Shown here: in pieces, positions 31,310-42,513 of the stretch
How positions within the stretch are numbered: the stretch's first letter is position 1
Layout: each line of letters starts with the position of its first letter
Origin: Naegleria gruberi
Taxonomy: Eukaryota
Assembly: GCA_000004985.1 (NCBI GenBank)
Contig: GG738853.1
Length of the DNA: 64,000 bases
Reading direction: 5' to 3' (one strand)
The notes under the pieces: generated by a model
Seen by the model: only the letters and a program-made list of their open reading frames with translations
Databases searched by the model: none
Told to the model about the DNA's origin: nothing
Made by a program: the position numbers and the translations under genes

Positions 31310-33991
31310 ATGATTCGAAGAACAAGCGACAGTACTTCTTCTTCCAACAATAATCAAAGAACAAGTCAGTCATCATCCAATAATATCCTAAACACTCCAC
31401 CATCTCCAATGCTTGCCAATTCATCTTCTCTCACCAACACCAACTTTCTATCTTCTCCAAATTCAAATTCTTCCAATAATTTAATGTTGACACTCAATTC
31501 GAATACAGTTTCGAATAGCACAATGATGGCAACAAATAGTTTCAATAATAAGAGATGGGGATTGTCTCCTTCGGCTTCTTCGTTACTTTCGTTAGATTTA
31601 CAAACGATGAGTCATCAGACGCCAATTCTTCATTCCTTGTTGGCCTCTCCGAATTCGAATAGTTTAAATCAGAATCATCATCAACAATACGAAACTAACT
31701 CTTCAGCTACTATTCTGCTATTGGATGAAGTTTTACTGGAAGATCATCACGAGAATGAAGATGACCAAGTTGTAAATAAGAATAACATGCGCAGTTGTAC
31801 GTGTTGTGAAATGCCAATTGACCAAACAATTATAGAAAGACATGCAAAGGAAAACGACTTTTTATGTAAATACTTTTTCAAAGTGTTGCCAACTCATAAA
31901 GTTAGAATACTTACTAAACAACAAAAGGATCTCATTATGGAAGATCAATTATTAGATGATGTGTTGACTTCTGAAGAGGAAGATGACGAAAATGATTTGA
32001 ATAATGAACCTAATAGTTTAGATGCTCATTATTTGAATTTGATTTCGAGTGCTATTCAGAAAGAAGTTAGTGCTCTGGAAAGACCATTAATTTTCAATCA
32101 TGTGGTTACTGAACCATTTTGGAGATTATTGGAAAGTTCAATTATTTATTCACCAGATAATTGCCAAAATTCAACAGTGAATGATAATTTGGCATTATCC
32201 ACGAGTCCTAACTGTCCTACTTCACCTGGTACTCTCATGATGAAGATTTATTCGAGTTCTACAACTAGTAATTATGCCAATAATTCATCACTGGTTCACA
32301 TTGCTGCCAAACATAATCGAGTTGAGATTTTGGAATGGTTAAAATCATGTTGTTGTGATCAGGAGTGCAATATTGAGAATGATTCACATTCTACAATGTG
32401 TATTTCCAGACAAATCACATTGTGGAATTTGAAAGATTACAATGGGTCAACTCCACTTTTTTGTGCATGTCAAGGTTGTCCAACTTCAACAGCCAATGAA
32501 GCTGGTGTTTTCCTAATGAGCCAAATGCAAACACTCGATCCACTCTCCAAGTACATTCACCAAACTGACAATTATGGAAACTCTCCACTCTCCCTCTGCA
32601 TGAGAAAGAGAGATTGGAAAATGTGTGACTTGCTCATTCTCTTTGGAGCCAGTATCGATGGAAACACTGGTGCATTTGGAGAGAGTTTACTCCACACTTC
32701 AATGAGAGATTTGGACATGTTGAGAGTTGAATTCATTGCCAAGAGAGCTCCAAAGGCCCTCCTGAAAAAGAATCAAAAAGAAGAGAATGCTCTCTTTTCA
32801 TTGGTGAAAGATTTCAGATGTAATGTGAATGCAGGAAGATCATTCATATTGGGAAGTAGTGATTTCTCAACCATGTCAACGAATATAGCACAAACAAATT
32901 GTACGAGTCCAGAGAGTCCCTCCCCAACTTCACCTTACAGTGAAACTAAATCAGCATTGAGAAGTGCTGTGAATAGAGCTTTCCCTAAGGAACAGAGAAT
33001 TAATTTTATTCGAATGATTCTTGAGAGTGGATCGTCAGTATTTGGTAGGGAAGTCTTTGAAAAGGCATTGAGCTTGAAGAATCAACATGGACGAAACTTT
33101 TTATTAGAATCAGTGGCTTGTGGCGACCATATTGCCACAAAAGAAATTGTAAATAGTCTTTCAATACTTTCACTAGTAGCAGAGGAATGCTGTAGTGATC
33201 CTAGAAAACTAATGGAATCAATAGTTTTCACAAATGATAGAAATTCAAAGAATATTCTTCATCTTTCGATTGAATTCGCCACGAAACGAATGAATCAACA
33301 TAATAGAGAGGATTACCAAACGTGGTTGGATAGTTTCTACTTTCTCCTGTCATGGTTAGATGAGAATCTTGCATATGGTGCCTTATTTAATAGAGAATGC
33401 ACTGGATTATTAAGTGGAAAGGATTCGAATGGTTTATTTCCACACCAATATCTTGAAAAGGAAGTTTCAAATAATCAGAGTGATATTAGATGGAAGAATG
33501 TTTTGGAAATTATGAAATCTTATGAATCCAAGTGGACTTTCAATTCGAAAGGTGCCCTTCCATCAAATGGACTTTCGAATAACTCAAAGAGAGGTTCAAC
33601 AAGTAAGAAACAATCAATTTTCTCATTTCTTACTTCTCATCAACCCTCTGAAGAAATCATGACACCAAAGAAGATTAGGCAACTTTCCAGAAAATCAGGA
33701 AACTTCACACCAAAGAAACTTGTCACTTCTGAAGCCTTTTCGAAAGATTCGGCTTTGTTATCCGAATCTAAGGATAAGTTGGCAGCGCCACTGAAACCAC
33801 ATAAGGAAAGTTTCCTTACTGATCACTCTACTTTATATTCGAATAGTTCACAAAGTATAGTTTCGACTGTTAGCAATTTGAGCAGTCATTCGAATGCAAC
33901 AAATTATTCTGAGCCTTCAAATAGAACTCAGAAACTCTTTTCTGGAATTATGAAAAAGTTAACAGGAAAGAATAAATCCTATCTCTATTAG
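31310..33991 (+). CDS. An 893-aa low-complexity (Ser/Asn-rich) protein with ankyrin repeats (LVHIAAKHNRVEILEWL; GSTPLFCACQG; GNSPLSLCMRKRDWKMCDLLILFGASID).
   Basis: Single ORF. The ankyrin consensus was read from the translation. Confidence 0.6.
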   Translation: MIRRTSDSTSSSNNNQRTSQSSSNNILNTPPSPMLANSSSLTNTNFLSSPNSNSSNNLMLTLNSNTVSNSTMMATNSFNNKRWGLSPSASSLLSLDLQTMSHQTPILHSLLASPNSNSLNQNHHQQYETNSSATILLLDEVLLEDHHENEDDQVVNKNNMRSCTCCEMPIDQTIIERHAKENDFLCKYFFKVLPTHKVRILTKQQKDLIMEDQLLDDVLTSEEEDDENDLNNEPNSLDAHYLNLISSAIQKEVSALERPLIFNHVVTEPFWRLLESSIIYSPDNCQNSTVNDNLALSTSPNCPTSPGTLMMKIYSSSTTSNYANNSSLVHIAAKHNRVEILEWLKSCCCDQECNIENDSHSTMCISRQITLWNLKDYNGSTPLFCACQGCPTSTANEAGVFLMSQMQTLDPLSKYIHQTDNYGNSPLSLCMRKRDWKMCDLLILFGASIDGNTGAFGESLLHTSMRDLDMLRVEFIAKRAPKALLKKNQKEENALFSLVKDFRCNVNAGRSFILGSSDFSTMSTNIAQTNCTSPESPSPTSPYSETKSALRSAVNRAFPKEQRINFIRMILESGSSVFGREVFEKALSLKNQHGRNFLLESVACGDHIATKEIVNSLSILSLVAEECCSDPRKLMESIVFTNDRNSKNILHLSIEFATKRMNQHNREDYQTWLDSFYFLLSWLDENLAYGALFNRECTGLLSGKDSNGLFPHQYLEKEVSNNQSDIRWKNVLEIMKSYESKWTFNSKGALPSNGLSNNSKRGSTSKKQSIFSFLTSHQPSEEIMTPKKIRQLSRKSGNFTPKKLVTSEAFSKDSALLSESKDKLAAPLKPHKESFLTDHSTLYSNSSQSIVSTVSNLSSHSNATNYSEPSNRTQKLFSGIMKKLTGKNKSYLY

Positions 33992-34175
33992 AAAGTTTAA
34001 ATTTTATCTTGCAATAGAGTTTCGAATAAATTTATTAGAATAGTTTAATAATTTACAATGAACTGTGAAAATAACGAGAGATATTTATGGAAATAATTGA
34101 CCAATCATAAATGTACAAGGCTTGTTTCGTCATTTTCATCACCTGTCCTTTAGAATAACAAGTTTCAAATAAAAA

Positions 34176-34763
34176 ATGGCTCAATCTCTACTTTCGAATG
34201 GTATCTTGCTTGGTTTCGTATTGAACACCATTCTTCTTTCTATTAGAATGTTTATTTGTTCAATATTAGCTGCTATCTTTCGAGTCCGAGAGAAGAATCA
34301 TAAAACATTATCCGAAAGTGGACGAAACATAACACTGCTCGATTCAGAGCAAAGAGCTCAAGCTAGACTTTCGTCCTCTCCTTCCATGTCATCTCTAGAT
34401 GATGTTTCCAACAACAGACCAACACCATCCTCATCATCAATTCCTAAATTAGAAGATTTACTTTCGTATAGAACTGAACAAGTTTTACGAAACGATTTGG
34501 AAAACATTTGTCCTTTCTTTCTAGTAAACGTAGCTTTCGTCATTATCTGCCAACAATTAGAACAACCAATTTGGCATTCAATTATTGCAAATTCACTCAT
34601 GGGATTATTTACAACATCGAGAATTATTTATTTATTTGCCTATTTGAGGAATTTATTAATTTTGAGGAATGTGAGTTGGTTATTGGGATTTGTATTGACT
34701 ATTTCATTGGCTGGTTATTCAATTTTTTGCATTATCTTTTTGGAAGATAATTTCCAAAATTAG
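34176..34763 (+). CDS. MAPEG-family (microsomal glutathione S-transferase-like) membrane protein with an inserted Ser-rich loop.
   Basis: The motif VLRNDLENICPFFLV matches the MAPEG RxxxNDLENIxPF signature, and there are four hydrophobic helices. Confidence 0.55.
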   Translation: MAQSLLSNGILLGFVLNTILLSIRMFICSILAAIFRVREKNHKTLSESGRNITLLDSEQRAQARLSSSPSMSSLDDVSNNRPTPSSSSIPKLEDLLSYRTEQVLRNDLENICPFFLVNVAFVIICQQLEQPIWHSIIANSLMGLFTTSRIIYLFAYLRNLLILRNVSWLLGFVLTISLAGYSIFCIIFLEDNFQN

Positions 34764-34793
34764 TAATTTTTATAAATATTAAATTTGTAATTC

Positions 34794-35390
34794 TTAATAT
34801 TTAATAATATAATTAAGAACCAATGATGGTTGCATATTTTCATGAGCTGAATTTCCACCAACTTCATTGGTTGTGAAATTGTGAGTATGATTGGCTCCTG
34901 TAAAATTATCGTCATCCTTATGAGTAGCTGGACCTCCACACCATCCTGGAGTATGGAAAACATCAGAAATTGGTCCAGATTGATGAACTATAATGTAAGG
35001 TTGTTTGTTGGCTTTTCCAGTGGTTCCTGAGTGTGAATGACTTGGTAGTTCACTAATTTGCAATTGGTGAGATTCTTCTCCAACTTTTTGAGCTAGAGTT
35101 CTATTGGAAAGTCCAGCTCCGTGACCAATTCCAACAACTGCTCTTCCCCTGAGGTCGGGAACATTGAATGAGTGAGGTCCTCCTGTACTTCCATATGCAT
35201 TTCCAATAGTTTGAAACAATCGAATATAATCTGGATGACTATTCGGATAGGTGGCTCCATCACACAATAACCAACCTGCTGGTATAGTTGTTCCAGCAAA
35301 TGCATTCACAATACCAACAGGAATTATAATTTGAGATTCTAAACGTGCAATTCTTTGTAATAAATCATTCAAGTTTAGTTCGTTTGTCAA
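34794..35390 (-). CDS. Protein with a bacterial/phage tail-collar (tail-fibre) domain. It has a short N-terminal coiled coil, then the motifs IPAGWLLCDGATYP...YIRLF..IGNAYG...FNVPDLRGRAVVGIGHGAGLSNRTLAQKVGEESHQL..SELPSHSH ... NMQPSLVLNYIIKY.
   Basis: The 198-aa ORF matches the phage tail-collar / microcystin-dependent-protein family pattern essentially motif for motif. Its codon usage resembles the neighbouring genes. There is no in-frame ATG: the frame opens at 35396 and the ORF track uses TTG at 35388-35390, so the true start or an upstream exon is unresolved. Confidence 0.6.
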   Translation of the reverse strand: MTNELNLNDLLQRIARLESQIIIPVGIVNAFAGTTIPAGWLLCDGATYPNSHPDYIRLFQTIGNAYGSTGGPHSFNVPDLRGRAVVGIGHGAGLSNRTLAQKVGEESHQLQISELPSHSHSGTTGKANKQPYIIVHQSGPISDVFHTPGWCGGPATHKDDDNFTGANHTHNFTTNEVGGNSAHENMQPSLVLNYIIKY

Positions 35391-36169
35391 ATCAAATTAC
35401 CAACACAACGAGCTTTTAATTGTTGCTCGAATATCACATCACTTTTTGAAATCACGATCAGAACGAAAAAGGACTTGGAGGAACAACAAAGGATTAGAAA
35501 TGGGAACGTTGTAATTAAATTGTTACTAGAATTCTCTCAGAAGAAAGTTGATTAGAAGTAAAAGTTCCTTTCAGAGCTACAAGAAAATTACCAATCAAGC
35601 TGATATTCAATATTTATAATGACTCACCAGTCAATTGAAAAGCAAATCCAAGCTCCATTTCTTGCTGTAAATTCTCTTCTTGGTTTCTTCATGGTATTAA
35701 TTAACCGTAGAAGAATTGCCAATTTGAGCTATTGTACAAGATGTGAGTGTTAACAACTTGGTAGCTTTTCAACATTGCACAACAAATTTTTGTACGGTGC
35801 GAATCGAATAGATGGATAATTAAATAGTACCTCAAAGTTTTTGTGAATTATATAATTCTAGCAAAGCACGACTAGATTGGAACTTTGAAAGTGATTTCAT
35901 GTCAATGGTCTCTTCCCATAAAATACAACTAACAATCTAATTGGGTGAAAAATTGGTTGACTTTGTAATCTGCAAACTTTGAAGAACTTTATTTTCAATT
36001 TTGATTGGCTAGTTCCTTTGTAAAACATGAATGAACACTCAATCTCAAAATAAGCTTCCACTTTTTATTCGAAATAGTGATGTTTATGGTAATTTCACAC
36101 TAATCTCACTAATGGCCTTTTAAGCGCGCCATTCACACACTTTCGTCCAGAATATTCGAAACAAAAAAA

Positions 36170-39094
36170 ATGTTGAACAAGCTATCTATTTTTCAATATT
36201 TACTATTGTCAATTGTGTTTTTCACAACTAGTTACATGTGTCTTTCAACACATGCCAGTTCAGTTGCACCTTTCGTTGGTGTTTCCTCATTTGCTGGCAG
36301 TTTCTCTATTGGTGATGGTTTACCAGCTGCTGAAACTAAAGTTGAAAATGTTTATGCCTTGACAATCAATTCCAAAACTGGTGATCTTTACTTGACTGAT
36401 AACAATAGAGTTCGTAAAGTTTCGTCCACTAACAATATCATGTCCACATTCGCTGGAACAAACAACCAAGTTAATCCTGAAGATGGTCAACCAGCTGTTA
36501 ATACACCACTTGCAGAACCAAGAGGATTAGAAATTAGCTCAAATGGTGAGGTTTACATTGCAGATTATTCCACATGCAAGATTAAAAAAGTTTCCTCTCA
36601 AGGAATTATGACAACCATTGCAGGAACAGGTCCAGGACAAAACAATGATAGAAGATTAGTTTCAGTTTATACTGGAGATGGAGCTTTTGCTAATGAAACT
36701 CAATTGTCATTCCCTCAAGCAATTGCTTTCCATCCAATTACTGGTGAATTACACATAGCCGAAACTCAAAGTTACAAAATTAGAAAGATTACTTTAGAGG
36801 GTAGAATTGCAACAGTTGTTGGAAGTGGACAAAAAGGTCAAGAATCACCAGATGGTGTTTTGGCTGTCAATGCAATTATTGGAGCTCCAGGAAATATCAT
36901 CTTTGATTCGATTGGAAATATGTATCTATCCGATAGATCATTTCACAAAGTTAGAAAGGTCCTTACCAATGGTACCATTGTTACAATTGCTGGAAATGGT
37001 ATGAGTGCCTATAATGGTGATGGTATCTTGGCTGTTTCTGCTTCACTTTTCAGACCAAGTGGATTGGCCCTTAGCTCCACAGGTGAGCTCTATATTGCCG
37101 AAAGTTATGGTCATAGAATTCGTAAAGTCTTGACAAATGGTACAATTATTACTATTGCTGGAACTGGAGTTGCTGGTTATGAAGGAGATGGAGGTTTAGC
37201 TGTAAATGCTCTCTTGGATGCACCAGAATCAATCTTTTTGAGTTCTGATAATTATCTCTTGATTTCTGATTTTGGAAATAAGAGAATTCGTAAAATTTCT
37301 CTATTGGATGGAACTATTTCAACTATTGCAGGAGATGGTTTGGGAGATGGAAAAGCTGCCTCAGTTTATGGTATTTTGAGATATCCAATTGATGTTAAAA
37401 AGGGACCAAATGGAATTCTGATTGCAGATTCTGGTAATGCGAGAGTGAGAAGTGTTTCTAATGGTGGAATTATTTCAACCATTGCAGGTTCAGGTACAAA
37501 TGGTAACCCACAACTTAGAGCCCTCAGAGAGCTTGCTACAAAGGCAAAGTTCGGTACTACTTATGCAATTACAACAAGATCAGATAATGGTGATGTCTAT
37601 GTGATAGATGATACCAATAACAAAATTTTCAAAATTTCTAACCAAGATGGTTCAATTACAGCAATTATTGGTGATGGCAATTATGGATTTACAGAGGATG
37701 GAAGTATTGCAGAGGGTTCATCAGTTGGAGGTTTAAGTGGTGTTGCACTCAATTCATTGGGTGAGGTCATCTTTACAGAGTCCAATAGAATTCGTAAAAT
37801 TTTGACAAATGGTACACTTGTTACCATTTCAGGATATGGAAATCTTCAAGATTCAGGTCAAGGATTTAGTGGAGATGGAGATTTGGCTCAATATGCTTCC
37901 CTTTCTTCTCCAGGTCGTTTATTCATCCACTCAGATGACATTTACTTTGCCGATCAAGACAATTACAGATTCCGTAAGATCTTTGCTAATGGTACAATCA
38001 CAACTATTGCAGGAACAGGATATGGAGATTATGGAGCTGATGATATTTTGGCCACAGAAACATATCTTGCAAGACCAACAGATATTGCCATGAATTCGAA
38101 AGGAGAATTAATCATTTCTGACGCTAAAAGAATTAGAAAAATTGACTTGAATGGAATAATTGTTACTCTGGCTGGAAGTAACGTTGCTGGTTTTTCAGGA
38201 GATGGTGGTCCAGCTGCTGATGCAACCTTTGGAACTTTGGGAGGAATCTATCTTGATTCGAATGATGATATTTATGTTAGTGATCCTGATAATCATAGAA
38301 TTAGAAAGATTTCCCTCATGTGCCCAACCGATTATGCATTGAATGGTAGTGAGTGTATTCCAGTATGTTTTGGAGTTGTTAGCAATGATCCATCAGTTTG
38401 TTCTGGTAAGGGTTCATGTACTCAAAACAATACTTGTCAATGCTCACCTTCCTATTATGGAGCCAATTGTGATTCCTTCAATTGTTCTGGAATTTCCTCC
38501 AATTCAACACTTGTTTGTTCTTCCCATGGTGTTTGCTCTTCTCCAGATACTTGCAATTGTGAAAATGGATATTATGGAAAGAATTGTGAATCATTTAATT
38601 GTTTTGGTGTCAATTCTCAAAATTCCACTAACGTTTGCTCAGCACAAGGAAATTGCACATCTCCAGATAAGTGTAATTGTAAGACTGGATATTTGGGAAG
38701 TAATTGTGAAATGTTCAATTGTTTTGGTGTCAATTCTCAAAATTCCTCCAATGTTTGTTCATCACAAGGAAATTGCACATCTCCAGATAAGTGTAATTGT
38801 AAGACTGGATATTTTGGAAGTAATTGCGAATCATTTAATTGTAAGGGTATTAAGAATAGTGATTCGAGTGTTTGTTCATCTAGAGGTCAATGTATTTCAC
38901 CAGATAATTGTAAATGTACTACAGTTAATAGTTATGGAGTGAATTGTGAATTCATTGTCGAAGGAAAGATTTCAAATATCACAGCTACAAAATCCAATGC
39001 TAGATTGAATGATGGTTCTTCAATTAAGACTCCTTATATGTTGTTGGTTACAACTTTGTCAATTATCATCATGTCAATTTTCTTGATTCTTTAA
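36170..39094 (+). CDS. A 974-aa surface protein. It has a signal peptide, about 13 NHL repeats (probably two beta-propellers; recurring ...IRK(V/I)...NGTIxTIAG.G), five tenascin-type EGF modules (C.G.G.C...C.C..GY.G.NC..FNC) and a C-terminal hydrophobic tail (GPI anchor or TM).
   Basis: Single ORF. The repeats were read from the translation. ORFs 38343..38942 and 37809..38093 are overlapping-frame artefacts. Confidence 0.75.
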   Translation: MLNKLSIFQYLLLSIVFFTTSYMCLSTHASSVAPFVGVSSFAGSFSIGDGLPAAETKVENVYALTINSKTGDLYLTDNNRVRKVSSTNNIMSTFAGTNNQVNPEDGQPAVNTPLAEPRGLEISSNGEVYIADYSTCKIKKVSSQGIMTTIAGTGPGQNNDRRLVSVYTGDGAFANETQLSFPQAIAFHPITGELHIAETQSYKIRKITLEGRIATVVGSGQKGQESPDGVLAVNAIIGAPGNIIFDSIGNMYLSDRSFHKVRKVLTNGTIVTIAGNGMSAYNGDGILAVSASLFRPSGLALSSTGELYIAESYGHRIRKVLTNGTIITIAGTGVAGYEGDGGLAVNALLDAPESIFLSSDNYLLISDFGNKRIRKISLLDGTISTIAGDGLGDGKAASVYGILRYPIDVKKGPNGILIADSGNARVRSVSNGGIISTIAGSGTNGNPQLRALRELATKAKFGTTYAITTRSDNGDVYVIDDTNNKIFKISNQDGSITAIIGDGNYGFTEDGSIAEGSSVGGLSGVALNSLGEVIFTESNRIRKILTNGTLVTISGYGNLQDSGQGFSGDGDLAQYASLSSPGRLFIHSDDIYFADQDNYRFRKIFANGTITTIAGTGYGDYGADDILATETYLARPTDIAMNSKGELIISDAKRIRKIDLNGIIVTLAGSNVAGFSGDGGPAADATFGTLGGIYLDSNDDIYVSDPDNHRIRKISLMCPTDYALNGSECIPVCFGVVSNDPSVCSGKGSCTQNNTCQCSPSYYGANCDSFNCSGISSNSTLVCSSHGVCSSPDTCNCENGYYGKNCESFNCFGVNSQNSTNVCSAQGNCTSPDKCNCKTGYLGSNCEMFNCFGVNSQNSSNVCSSQGNCTSPDKCNCKTGYFGSNCESFNCKGIKNSDSSVCSSRGQCISPDNCKCTTVNSYGVNCEFIVEGKISNITATKSNARLNDGSSIKTPYMLLVTTLSIIIMSIFLIL

Positions 39095-39211
39095 TTCATA
39101 TTCTAAACAAGATTGTAATAAACTTGAAATTAGTAAAATACTTGCAAGTCTCAACTTGGCAACAAATTAGTTAATCCAAAACCCTTTAGAGAAATATAAA
39201 TGATTGTTTAT

Positions 39212-40598
39212 TTACATTGAAATATCTCTAGTCTTATCTTCATCCTTGGTTCCACTTTGATCCTTAACTGGAATTCCTAAAAATCTTCTCACTCCAGGCA
39301 ATCTCAATGTATAAATTTGAAGCATTGAGAAAATATTCGAAGTGATCCAATAAACAAACACTCCACTTGGTAAGGCACCAGTAATTGGCACCATGACAGC
39401 TGCAACAAATCTCATAACACTTCTTACTTGTCTCATTGTCTCAGTTCTGCATTATTTCACATGAACATTTCACAATATTCCAATTATTTCAAATATAGAA
39501 TACATTAGCTTCCATATTGTAATGATAAAAACTCACCTTGGCTCAGCAGCTCCCATTTCCACACTAATCAACCAAGTGACTGCACTAATCACTGGCAAGG
39601 TAGCTGTAGGATCAACACTCGACAAGTCATCAAACCACCACAAACCACCTGTTCCTCTACATTCTGGATCGTGAAGGCAAATTCTTTCAACACTGACGAA
39701 AACTGATAAAAACATTGGAGCCATGATGAGTGGTGAGATAATGTTGAGGAGAGGATGGCATTTGTTTTCTTTCATGGTTTCTTGGAATTCAACAGCAGCT
39801 TGTACCTTTTCTTCTTCAGATGCAGTTTTACTTGCCATAATTTCTGACTTTTCGAATAGAATTGGACGAACTTGATCAAGACGAGCACTATTTCTCGTAA
39901 GACCAATGTTAAGAGGAAGAACCAGACAACGGAATAGAATGGTTGTTGCCATAATAGCTCCATACCATGGTAATCCTGCAATAAAAGTTCAATATTTTTG
40001 TAAACTATTAAATGAATTGCTTACCGATCATATCATGCAAATATTGAAGCAAATCCTGAATAGCATTAATATGAGGCATAGTATGTGGCAAATGTCCTCC
40101 CACAAATAATTCATGTTCCTCACCAAAAGTCAATGGTGGATGATATTCATGTTGAGGAGTTTCATGAATTAATTGTAATCCTCTAAACAGATCGTCATCA
40201 GTTTCCATAACAGGAGCTCCTGTATTATTATCTATTGCAGTAGAACCAGTAGGTGGTGTTGTTAAAGATGGATCAACAACCATGGATGGTAGGATGTTTG
40301 TAGAATTGGTTGTGGTAGACTCGACGGATGAGGTGGATCCACCTTTCAATCCCTTGAACCAATTCAACAAGGTTGAATAATTTCTGTGCTGAGTTGCATT
40401 CATTCCTCCCCCAGAGAAACCATTCTTCATCATCATGCTACTACTCATCAAATGATTATTACCATTCTTGGAAAATTGCATTGCCAATGATGATGATGAA
40501 ACAGTAGCCTTGCATTGAACATTTCGCATCAATCCACCCTCTCTACCAATACCCCCATTCAAATGACTCATACACTTCTTGATAACACGTCTCGACAT
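39212..40598 (-). CDS. OXA1/YidC/Alb3-family membrane insertase (mitochondrial OXA1-like), three exons: complement(join(39212..39446, 39537..39975, 40025..40598)).
   Basis: The conserved motifs LPWYGAIMATTILFR, GGLWWFDDLSSVDPT and PSGVFVYWITSNIFSMLQ are present. The introns (49 nt GTAAGC...TTGCAG; 90 nt GTGAGT...ATGCAG) restore the frame between ORFs 40008..40598, 39533..39952 and 39212..39436. The N-terminus is basic and Ser-rich, consistent with a presequence. Confidence 0.8.
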
Positions 40599-42227
40599 TT
40601 TTTTGTAAATTGTTGCTCCAAGTTAAGGTAATTTGTTGGAATGATTTTCTATTGGGTGATGATAAAGGTCGCGAAACAAAGGAATCCAATATCCAGAGGA
40701 TAATAATCTTACCTTGTTCCATCATCATGCAACAAACTTTGTGGCACAACACTCGATGAAAAACAGTACAAAATTGCAGCTAAATCTCTTCTACTGCATA
40801 GATTCTCGGGATGATGGGTTCGATATCGATAGTGAATGTGACTAAATAATACATGTTATCGGGCAGTGAATCTATCATTGTCTCTTTGCTTGTTTCTTTT
40901 TTGGAGATTTGGTCAAAAAGTTCTCAAAAGTTGGAATGGCGTTAGTTTAGACATGAAAGGAAATTATTACGCAAACAAAATGTCAGTTGCGGCACAACAA
41001 TTGATGGAATGTTGTGCAAGGGATGCATTGCCACATCATTATTTGGATCACATTGTGGACGACGCAACAATTTTTCATATGGATAATGATGATGAGAAAC
41101 AGTTGATGATGAATTTTCATATTAATATGGAAGAAGCAGAATTGAAATTAATATTGAATAGAAATTAATTTATTGAATATTTATTTGGAAAGTGTTGATG
41201 TTGATGATTGGGATTTGAGATTTTGTGCTGCATTTCTCTTTAGTATTTGGCGTGCTCGCCACGAAGCCTTGATCTTACTCCAATGATTCACTTTGAATGA
41301 GAAAAAGATGAATAAATTGGAAGTTACTGGTGAAGTCAAGTGCATAATAACCTATTTATTCATCATCAGTTAGGATTTTTCAATATATTGCTACTAAACT
41401 TACTTGAATGAATGGATGAGTGAAAGGACTGGTCATTGTATGTGGAGGCAATTTTTAAAAAATTTTGAAATGATAATGCCGATTTTGGCGCCAAATTTGG
41501 AAATGGTCGACGTATCCCAACATTTGAGAGATCTAAGAATAAAAAATCAATTAAAAATATTTTTACATGCTGCATGAGATTAAAAACGGGTTGAAACATG
41601 CATGTTGGGCTTTGATGACTTTAGGAGAACTGTTTTACCTTAATGATGAGCACCAACTGGATGATGTTTAAATGATTTGAATTTTAAATAAAAAAAATGG
41701 AATTAAAATTATTAAAAAAAAATGGTGATGATTGCTGCCAGTTTTATTGGACCAAATCTTTCGAATGATGAAGAGAATGATTCTGTTGGAAAGTAAACTT
41801 TTTTTTCCGCAGTGTCTTGAGCATTTCAACCCGATGAACAACTAAATTCATGATCTTCGGTGAATACCTACAGAGATATTCGTCATATTATTACACTCAA
41901 TGGACACATTCAAATCATTTACATTTGCAATGATCGTTTAGACCATTGAATATTTGCTTGATTGATGTTATTTTTCAAGGAGTATCAACACAAACCTTAT
42001 ATTAATTAATATCTGTATTGTGGTCATGTTGTTTTGTTGTTTTGGTTGACTTGCAAAAAATTCCATTTCAAGTTCAAGGACTCAAATTTGTTCTAGCCAC
42101 TTTCCAAATTTTTTCACAGTATCTGATAATGTAGAGCTCCTTTGTAAGGGTCTTGCCAGCTATAATTGGAAATTATTAAAGCGAGAGGTGAAAGCATGGT
42201 TGGTTCGCAACAGATTAACACGCAGGG

Positions 42228-42380
42228 TTTGCCTTAAAAACGCCCTATTAAGGAAAGCCACCTTTTGTGAAGCTTGTCTCTATACTGAAATTCTTCTTTT
42301 TTGTCATTGCGTTTTAGGAACACTTGCTGGGAACTTTTTCTCTACTGGTTTAGCGCCACCTTCCAACGTTATAAGCCTTA
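42228..42380 (+). ncRNA. Candidate structured RNA (speculative). It has U12-snRNA-like 5' motifs (TGCCTTAAAAAC ... TTAAGGAAAG), a second GCCTTAA at 42373 and an Sm-site-like AACTTTTTCT at ~42341.
   Basis: This is a locally GC-enriched non-coding stretch upstream of the cyclase gene. The spacing of GCCUUAAA(AA)C and UAAGGAAA mimics the U12 5' end and branch-site-pairing box. Stem potential was checked by eye. It could equally be a 5'UTR or promoter. Confidence 0.15.
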
Positions 42381-42513
42381 ATTCAAACCAAAAAAAAACA
42401 GCCAACATCAACGCTTACCATCTATTAATGGTTATTTTTTCACGATAAGCGATAAAAACAACAACAATAATAAACCAAAAATTATAGCAGCAATCAATAC
42501 ATCATCATCTCAG

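Noticed and set aside
40866-41168. A 100-aa ORF (+) between OXA1 and the cyclase gene.
   Set aside because: It has no recognisable motif, a hydrophobic low-complexity N-terminus and ordinary intergenic composition. That is insufficient evidence to call a gene.
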